A stretch of DNA of 64,000 nt from Lama guanicoe (taxonomy: Eukaryota), in contig MU054098.1 of NCBI GenBank assembly GCA_013239625.1, forward strand, positions 1,023,568 through 1,087,567. The letters run 5' to 3'. Below are positions 55,090 to 64,000 of the stretch, piece by piece (position 1 is the stretch's first letter; every line of letters starts with the position of its first letter). A program made the position numbers and the translations under genes. The notes under the pieces are model-generated. The model did no database searches, was not told where the DNA came from, and was given only the letters and a program-made list of their open reading frames with translations.

Positions 55090-57150
55090 TAATTTTTAGT
55101 TTAAAATGATTGTCAATTAACTTAGTAATTGCAAGAATAATACAGAGATCTTCCATGTGTCCTTCACCTGACTTCCCCCAGTGACAACATCTAACAAAAC
55201 CATAGTAGAATTACCTAACCAGGAAATTGACATCAGTACAACACAGATGTTATTCAGACCGCAACAGTGATTATATGCATTCTTTTTTTTGGGTGAACAA
55301 TTATGTGAAGTATTATCACATGCATAGATCTGTATAACCACCACCACAATCAGGATACAGAACTCTTCCATTACCCTGAAGAAATTTTCTCATGCTGTTC
55401 CTTTATTGTCACATACTCCTGGCAGCTCTAACCCCTGACAAATACTGATCTGTTATTCATCACTATAACTTTGTTATTTTGAGAGTGTTATGTAAATAGA
55501 TCATAAACAAGGTAATTTTTTTAAATCGGCTTTGTAAAATTCAGTGTAATGCTCTTGACGTCCACACATATTGTTGTATGTACCAGTACTTTTTTCCCAT
55601 TTTATTGCTAAGTAGTATTCCATGGTCATCCATTCACCAGATGTAGGACATCTGGGTTATATCCAGTTTTTGGCTATTACAAACAATGCTGCTAGAAGCA
55701 TTTCTATAAACAGGATGTTGTGTGACCATATATCTTTATTTCTTTGCAGTAAACACCTAGGAATAAAATTGCTGGGTCATCTGGTGAGTGTATGTTTAAT
55801 CTTATAAAAACTGCCAATATATTTTCCAGAGTGACTATGTCATTTTACTTCCCACTACCAATGTATGAGCAATCCACTCTTTCTATATCCTTGCCAGAAT
55901 TTCATGCTTTTACTAATTTCTATTATAGCCATTCTCTTAGGTGCATAGTACTCTCTGTGCCTTTAATTTGCATTTCCTTAATGGCTAATGAAGTTGAACA
56001 TACTTTCATGGGCTTATCTGTCATATGTATATCCTCTTTGGTGAAATGTCTGTTCCTGTCTTTTGCTCATTTTCTAGTTGGATTTCTTGGCTTTTTACTA
56101 TTGATTTTACAGTTTTTTAAATATTCAGGATATAAGTTCCTTTGTTGGGTAGGTGATTTGCAAATATTTTCTCTCAGTCTGTGGCTTCTTGTCTTTTCAT
56201 TCTCTTAACAGGCTTTCACATTGCAATGGTTTTAAATTTTAATGAACTCTAACCTTCAGTTTTTCCTTTTATAGATCATGCCTTTGGTATTGAATCTAAG
56301 AACTCTTTGCCTAATTCTAAGTCATGATGTTTTTCACCTATTTTTTCCCTAAAAGTTTTATAGTTTTACATTTCATATTTAGAAATATGTCTCCATTTTT
56401 AAGTTAATTTTTATATAAGGTTGAGGTTTAGGTTGAGTTTTTCTTTTTTTTTTTTAACTTACGGATATCCAGTTGTTGAAATGACTGTCTGTCCTCCTTT
56501 CTTTCAATTGTTTTTGCACTGTTGTGAAAAATCAGTTGGGGTCTATTCTGGAGTCCGCTATGTTCCATTGATCTATGTGTCTGTCCATCTGCTAACACCA
56601 CACTATCCTGACTGCTGTGGCTATATTGTGTCTTAACTTCAGGTAGTGTGATTCCTCCAATCTCATTCTTCCTTTTCAAAACTGTTTTATGTATTCGACA
56701 TTCTCTGCTTTTCCATATAAATGTTTAAATCAGCTTGTTTATATTTACAAAAAATCCTGTTAGGATTTTGATGAGGATGGCATTAAATCTGTAGATCAGT
56801 TTGGGAAGAATCAACATTTTTGCTACCTTAAGTTTTCTAATCCATGAACACAGTATGTCTTTCCATTTATTTCAGCCTTTTAATACTGTATCATTTTGTA
56901 GTTTTTAGCATATAGGCCATATACATGATTTGTTAAAATTTGTTTCTATATTTCAATTTGGGGATACTATAAATGGTGTTGTACTTTAAATTTTCATTTC
57001 CATTGCTAAAACTTGATTTATTCATTGTTAGTATATAAAAATGGTTTATTTTTATGTGATAATCCTTTATCTCTGACAAAGTCAAGTTCCCTTATAGTTC
57101 TCAAAGGCTTTTAAAAACATATAGATTCTTTGTGATTTTCTACATAGATA
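55090..57150 (-). mobile_element. Old 5'-truncated LINE-1 (L1MC/L1MD-like)
   Basis: ORF 56428-56679 begins MKRKNEIGGITLP (ORF2p); ORF 55792-56208 is the antisense shadow of the ORF2 C-terminus. Confidence 0.9.
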
Positions 57151-58614
57151 GTAATTTAGCATGACTCTTTCTGGTACTAGGTTTACACTACAACTTTGTA
57201 CATAGGGGACCTGTCATAATGTTTTTCTCTTTTTTACAGGCTGTTCAAAGCTTTTAAAATGTTTCTCTCTTCTTTAATTCTATGGTCCTAAATCAAGTAA
57301 TAACATTAGATAAGGCTTTGCATCTCTAATATTCTATTCCTAAATTGGAAATTCTATCTTTTTCTCTTCCTTCATCTTGACCTGATTGTAATATCAAAGG
57401 TCATACTGATGCCATCAGTACGTCTCTGCAGAAAAGGATTTTTGAAGCATTAAAGTTTGGAGATAAGAACCTCATAATAAAAATAGCCATAGAGGCAAAT
57501 CTTTCTCTCTTGTGAAAAATATAATAACTACAAGTTTCTTTCTATATAAAAATATGCTTTTTAATTTAACCATTAGATATGATTATATCCATGAGTATAC
57601 AAGACTTTTTTCAGGTTTATCCTTCTCTAAAATATTCTACATCCAGTAGCAGAAATCATATTTCTTCTCAGATATTCTCATTAGATGTCTTCTTTGCAGA
57701 GGAAATTTATGCTAATAGTTGTCTCTTCCATTCATCTAAAATTGCCACCACTTACCTACCCAAACTTCCTTATCATAAGTAAGCTGTGCTTGCTGGACAA
57801 TTAAGTCCAGCATATGGAGAGTGGGTTTCAAATTTATTGCATTTGTTTATGTTTGAGTTCCTTGTTGGGAGGCATTCTCCCCTTGGAGGGCCTCAGAATC
57901 CTAGGAGGTGAATTTGGGTATATTGGTCCAAAAAGCTGTCCATGGATTGCCACTTTTCCTTAAAGAATTACTAGCTAACGTTTTCTGTGTTTCTTAACAA
58001 GAGTATTTTTAACATCATAAACATGGCTGCTGAAGGCCTCTCTTTTCCAATTGGATTAGTATCAAATTTAAAAACCCCACAAGGGAGATCTACTATTCAT
58101 TGTCTCTTTTGCTTCCTTTGCTGAACTGTTCTTATGAACTTCCTGATCCCAAGATGTGATAAGCATTAGTCTTGAAAATCCCTGTACATAAGAGAAAGTT
58201 GGTACTCTTTCTTAATCTGTGATATGTACCTAAGTCAAATGGACTGAAAAGTACTGAAAAACTATATTTACTATTTTAAAAATAACTAAACTCTATGCAT
58301 TGTTAATTTTAAGAGACTTTTTGCTGACAAAATCAACAACTCAAGTGAATAGAACTGATGCTATAGAGAAGATTTTGAAAGAAAAACCTGGTCTGTTAGA
58401 CAAGTAAGAGTTGATATATATTTGTATGATGCCAAAGTAGGATATTGGCAACAGGGGAGATATTTTGTTCAGAAGGTAAACCATACTAAAGACAGTGCAA
58501 TAAAATTGAGTTAATTGAATTAAAATTAAAATTCTTGATGTAGCTCACAGAAGTGAACAGCACACTTTCTAACAGATTCCTATTTACACTGGTTGCTACA
58601 CTTTTAAAATAAGC

Positions 58615-58638
58615 ATTATTATTATTATTATTATTATT
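58615..58638 (+). repeat. (ATT)8 microsatellite
   Basis: Read directly. Confidence 0.95.
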
Positions 58639-59039
58639 TGCCTCCTTCAATTTTAACGTCCTGAGACAAAGTCTTAATTCCCCTGCCCGAGGTCCACCTT
58701 TACTTATAAATCAAAATATACACTTGTTTGCCAAAACTCAACTAATATCCTCAAGTTACTGAATATCTTATCTGCACTCCACCAGAAAAGAACAGATCAG
58801 AGTGTTAATTTTTAAAATGCAAAAAAAGAAAAAATAATCCAGGGTAGTCAACCTGAGGTCAGCATACACTCACCCCAATTTCCTAAATCTGCTGCCTCTA
58901 TATATGATGTTCTGAATAATGAGAATGGACCTTCAGTCAAGATAATAGCCTTTAAACCCTCCTTAATTATACAACCAGGCGATTTGGCAGATTCCTGGAT
59001 CATGGGGAAGAGAGGGAGAGTGTGCTCAAATATTAAAAT

Positions 59040-59165
59040 AAAATGGGTGGGGGAGGCAATGCATATATGGGAGCAGTCTCTACATGGGAAATTTCTGTAC
59101 CTTTTGCTTAATTTTGCTGTGCATCTGAAACTTCTCTAAAAACTCAAATCTATTTAATTAACAAA
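59040..59165 (+). mobile_element. Short L1MC-like 3' end
   Basis: 'atgggaaatttctgtaccttttgcttaattttgctgtgcatctgaaacttctctaaaaa'. Confidence 0.75.
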
Positions 59166-61769
59166 TAAATGGCACCCTCTGCTAATCTTCACCTAAACTG
59201 AAATCAAACTATCCTAAATGTGCACCAGTTAAATATTCCTTTTCTTTTTTCTGTGTATTTCAAGTCAAAATGATATATTACCAACCCACTGCACTTTAGG
59301 TATGAGTCCTACATCAATGAGGCTGATAGAGAATTCTGCTGAAGGCTCATGAAGCCGCACAGCATTTGGGGGTGATAAATACATCTCGTGACAGTAACAG
59401 AGCCTCATCAACACCAGGATACTGAGTTTCATTCATCCGACACTCATACGAGGAAGATTCTAAAATACTTTTTCATGTACTTATATTTCTCTGCCAGTAA
59501 AGAAAAAGAATTCTGAGTACTTCTGGCTACCTTATCAGTAGGTACAGAAAACCCTCCTGTTTTCCAAATTTAGGAATTAGTTTTAGAAGTCTCAGTTCTG
59601 ATATTCCCTTCTTGCCCCAATAGCTAATTCTGCCTTCTGTTTCTTGGCATTGATTCTGCAGTAGACTGGGGAGATCCTCCTTATTAAAAGGGGTATTAAT
59701 TAATGTCAATGTGGGCTTTCAAACTTGTAACATTTGAAAAATCAAAAGACATAGAAAAGGAGAGAGCTTTAGTAAAAACAAGGAGAATGCTAAGAGTGTA
59801 CATATATATTTGGGGAAACTGGTATTCTAGCCTGTGGGTATAAGCAGGGTAGCGTATATTAGATTACTATAGTTTACAAAGCCTAAGATGTAAAATGATC
59901 CATATTTTCCTTCCATGCAATGTTATAATGAACAAAATAGTTGCCATATAATTAGCTTTAAGGATGATAGGAGGCTGATTTTTGTTGAAATGTTATTCCA
60001 ATCCTAGAGCCAGGCTAATTTCCATGGCAGCAACACTATGAAGAGAGTTCAGACTGTTTCAAAGCAATCTACTAGACTAAAAGAATATGCTAGATTAAAA
60101 GAACCAAACAGATAACTGTCAAGAAAATCAAAAATAATTTTAAAGTCTTTTTTATCAGAAAGTTTATGAATGTGCAGTGAAATAAAAAGAAAGGCACCGC
60201 TTTCTTTTTCGGGCAGTCTAAAAGAATATACCTCAACAAGGGTTACTGGCAAATGTTTGTCTCCACTCATGAAGCTGGACAGAAACAGATTTCAGCAACT
60301 GAATTCGATGTGTGCTTCCCATAATCCTGCAAACACATTTCAAAGTACTGTAATTCTATTGCTGTTCCAGGGTTGTTGAGGAGAAAATATGCTTGGCATC
60401 CTTTGGAATTGGCATAGCCAATGTTTTTCAAAACAGACTAAATCCCTGGCACCTTTCCTAAGCTTATTAAAGTGCTGTATTTGCCTTCCACGTGTCACTT
60501 TTTAACCAGAACGGTCTCTTAATTTTACCCTAAGTCTACGACAGCTCCCATGTTTTAAGACAGCCAGAATTTTGTTTTGCACATGTAACAGGGGAATACA
60601 TGGCCCCTTCATGAACACTTTTTATTTTTGCAGGGTGAAGTTATTAAGCAGAAAGTGTCATTAGATCTGCTGTCATTGTTTTACCGATGAGAAAAAGAAG
60701 TAAGTTTCAAGATGATAGGCCTAACTGACACTCAACTGCCGCGATAATACTCACTAACCAGGTGAGGAGCCTTAGGGTTTAAAATCCACTCTAATCACTT
60801 AGAAAAAAAAAATTCTGTTTTAAGTGAATTGTTTTAAAGAAGCTTAGTTATGTTACAAGCCTATGATAAAAATACAAAGTGAACTGATAATTATCAGCCA
60901 AATAAATGAAATACAGTGTCAAGCCTGTGTCTGGAGAAAAGGATAGCAGTTACATTAAAGATCTCCTATGTGGTGGAGGGAGATGAGGGTGAGGAGGCGG
61001 GGGGAGAGAGAGAGAGAGAACACACAGCTAGATAAGTAGGTGTGCAGCTGTGGACTGCATTTGCTCTGCGGGGTAATGATGCATGGAATATTGAGGTTCT
61101 TTATGATGGAGGTTTTCAGTATACCTATGATATTAGCAATAAACAATGAGGTTGAATTTATCTTTTACATTAGATAACAAGATAACATCAGAAGCTCTCA
61201 AAATTGCCCTCCATACTCCTTCTCAATGAGCCCCTGAGGGTCTCCTGGCTGCCAGAGAAAGTATCTTTATAGGGGAAAAAATACATTCCCTGCACAAGGA
61301 AGAAACATATCCCTTTATCACTTGTTACAACTGTGAAACAAAAGTTTCTTGGAGACTAGCGGCGATGCCTTTTGTTGCTCTTTTCCACGATCATTTTTCA
61401 CTGTCCTCTTGCTGTCACATAAATGAATCCAAGATGAAGCCTAAATTGTTACTTCTCTCAAAGCTATCTATCCTTTAACAGGGGATCAAAGAAATAAGCA
61501 AAGAAGAAACTCTAACTGTGCTAATTTGGGGGTCTAGGTATATCCGTGGACAAGAGATTTACTAACACCCATAAAGTCTCAAAGTCATACTAATGCCTCC
61601 ATCTCTGAACAAGACCATTGTTCACACTCTGACTAGTTTCCACTCTTCTTTCGGCTACAATTGTGATGGCTCGGATTATGCATATGAGGAAAGCTGTACC
61701 TCAAGTAAGGGTACCAATACACTCTCTGCACATATAAAAGGCAAGGATGAAGCATCTTAACAGTCTTAT

Positions 61770-61960
61770 ATTATCTATTCTATAAAAACCTGGTATGTGA
61801 AATCTGGAATGCTGAAGGTTGCCTAGTTCTGTTACCACATTTCTTACAAATGGAGAAATTGAGGCTTACAGAGGGATTGTACAATATCACTCTGATAGTG
61901 GTAGAGCCAGGATTGGAATGTGTCTCTTGATTACTAGCCTGGTAAGATACTGCATATAAC
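61770..61960 (-). mobile_element. MIR SINE
   Basis: 'catttcttacaaatggagaaattgaggcttacagag...gtggtagagccaggattggaa'. Confidence 0.8.
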
Positions 61961-62669
61961 CAGAATGTAACCAGATAGTTTCCCAGTTTCCCTCCCAATG
62001 TTGAGGATGATTACCCAAATGTGATCTGTAATACAAACTTCTGTTTATGGAATATGTAGTCTTTCTATTGACGAAAGAGTGCATATTTCAAGACCAAAGG
62101 GAACCACATCATTTCCCTAATGGTTTCCTCAGGCCACTATATTTTCATATTCAAGGATTATGAGTTGAACAAACCTTGATATGTAGTATTAAAGTGCTTC
62201 CCATTATTCACCTATTGATTCAAGGTTTGTTTAATAGAATTCATTTTCATTCCAAAGCACTTTGACCGTGAACTCCCAGGAACAACAATATTACATCTAA
62301 AACTAGGAAAAGACTTAAATGTATAATTTGTCAAACTCCTATCTCAGAAAAATACTGATTTTTGAGTATTTGTCAATAAAATATTTTCAATATATATTAG
62401 TAAGGTTTAAGTGCAAATCTCTTGGTGAATTTTGTTAAGGACTCAAATACAGTCTCCTGAAATTCATTAGTCTAATGCATACATTCTCATATGATTTGTT
62501 CTTTTGTATGCTTCCTCACTCCTCAGCTAGATCATATACTTCTCTAAGTGTAAGAATCACTTTATCAGATCTTATATTCTTCCCTGCACCCAAGACAGGA
62601 CATGTCAGAGTCAGTGCTCCACATATAGTTCTAGAATAAGATGATTTATTACTTATCTCCAAGACAGTG

Positions 62670-62910
62670 GCTATAGAGTTTATTTGAAGGGCACAGGCTT
62701 CAGACACAGAAAATATTGGATAAGAAGATACAAATCCCCCAGCTGTGTGATCTTACAGAAATTACTTGACCAAGCTGTTTCTCACTTATAATACTGACAA
62801 AAATATCAATGATTCTAAGTTACCTCACAAGCTCGTGAAATGAGATAACATTTGTGAAATACCTAGTATATTTCCTGCTTTATGCAATGGACATAAGCAA
62901 CAAATGCTCA
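62670..62910 (+). mobile_element. MIR SINE
   Basis: 'cagctgtgtgatcttacagaaattacttgacc...gtgaaatgagataacatttgtgaaatacctag'. Confidence 0.75.
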
Positions 62911-63519
62911 CTCCCTTTTCTCTCTGTTCTTTAATTAGAGTCAAATAATTACAGAAATGATCTGGAAAGGCCCTAATGGAAAAAAAGAGGGGGGAAAAAT
63001 CATACTATAGAATCACACGGAACAAGTTACTTTACTTCAATTCTTACTTGTAAAATCAAGATAATAATATTATCCTCACAAAACTAATGGGAGGACTATG
63101 TGAGGATAATGTATACAAAGCAATTAGTACATTGCCTAGTTCAAAGTAGATGGTTAGCATGTGATACTTATTGATGGAGTATTTTACTCGAAGGTCCTCA
63201 TTAGTTCATTAGTATGAACTCAGTTTTTAATATATTCGTCAGTTCTAAAATTATAATTGAGGCAATATTGCCTAACTGTATTTATGGTACATCCATGGCA
63301 GTATCTGTAGACCCTTGTACATCAAGTATTTATGGGTAGCTTCTAGATTTATTCTCAGTCTGTATTAGTATGTCCCCTGGACCCCTGTTCAATAGAGACA
63401 AAGGCCACCACTAAATATACTCCTGAGGGAGGAGGAGGAGCACAGTGCTGGGGCCACAACAGAGAGAAAAGGAAAACACTGGGGACGTGAAAATGAAGAC
63501 TCTATCTTTCTAAACATTC

Positions 63520-63930
63520 ACCAAAGCAGGGAAAATCATGTCGTCAACTCCAACGTCCACATACCCAGTTTCAACGATCATCAAAATGTTGCCAATTTTG
63601 TTTTCTCTATCAGGTCCTAACTCATGTGTGAGTGTTGGAATATTTTAAAGATAATACCAGGCATCATGTCATTTCACCCACAAATACTTCAGTATGCATG
63701 AAATAGACTTTTTACTAAGATAAATACTATGCCACTATTATACCCCCCAAATGATGCTAATTCTACACTATCAATTAATACTCAGTCCATATTTAAATTG
63801 ATCTGATTTTCTCAAAAAGTTTTTACAGTTGATTTTGTTCTAATCAAGATTCCAACATAGTCTATACATTAATTAATTGTGATTTCTCTTACATCTCTTT
63901 TATTCTAAGGGAGTCATTTCCTTTTCTTTG
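63520..63930 (-). mobile_element. Ancient L1MC4/5-like 3'UTR fragment
   Basis: 'ggaatattttaaagataataccaggcatcatgtcatttcacccacaaatacttcagtatgcat'. Confidence 0.7.
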
Positions 63931-64000
63931 GCTATCTGAGTTATGAGTAAATTTGTGACCCTAACTCAGAGATGTTGCCTGGAACTGGAAAGCAAGAAAT

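Noticed and set aside
55792..56208. Hydrophobic 138-aa ORF resembling a membrane protein (similar ORFs at 10316-10747, 22373-22693, 36851-37153)
   Set aside because: Antisense shadow of A-rich L1 ORF2, which naturally yields F/L/I-rich peptides.
57615..57778. Plus-strand exon-like segment with one open frame
   Set aside because: Short pyrimidine tract, unrecognisable peptide and no neighbouring coding exons.
58545..58560. 16-bp exact match to 34926-34941, suggesting a local source of the transduced DNA
   Set aside because: No similarity beyond 16 bp; about one such match is expected by chance in 64 kb.
1..64000. CRISPR arrays, operons, tRNA or rRNA genes, or prokaryote-type RT systems
   Set aside because: The sequence is mammalian; no repeat-spacer array or structured RNA gene was recognised, and all RT motifs belong to L1.

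Overview
AT-rich, CpG-poor eutherian genomic DNA with no recognisable protein-coding gene, tRNA, rRNA or CRISPR array; it reads as intergenic or deep-intronic. It is dominated by decayed LINE-1 copies of several ages, plus L2, MIR, MaLR/ERVL LTRs, hAT fragments and microsatellites. Every ORF in the track that I can recognise is an L1 ORF1/ORF2 remnant or its antisense shadow. The younger L1 ends look cetartiodactyl, and no Alu, B1, Bov or PRE1 SINEs are visible, so a camelid is my best guess (inference from recalled consensus sequences). I found no evidence of a new multi-gene system. The best-supported unusual signals are retrotransposition or recombination events: (1) a probable L1 3' transduction whose L1 part lacks its own AATAAA (34751-35146); (2) a TSD-flanked L1 whose 5'UTR is fused directly to mid-ORF2 (15821-18677); (3) a near-identical tract with a shared frameshift between two otherwise divergent L1 copies 17.5 kb apart (10151-10289 vs 27665-27803); (4) a very young 102-bp L1 insertion with a perfect 18-bp TSD; (5) a perfect inverted (AC)n/(TG)n pair. 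Old-repeat boundaries are approximate and subfamily names come from memory, not a database search.
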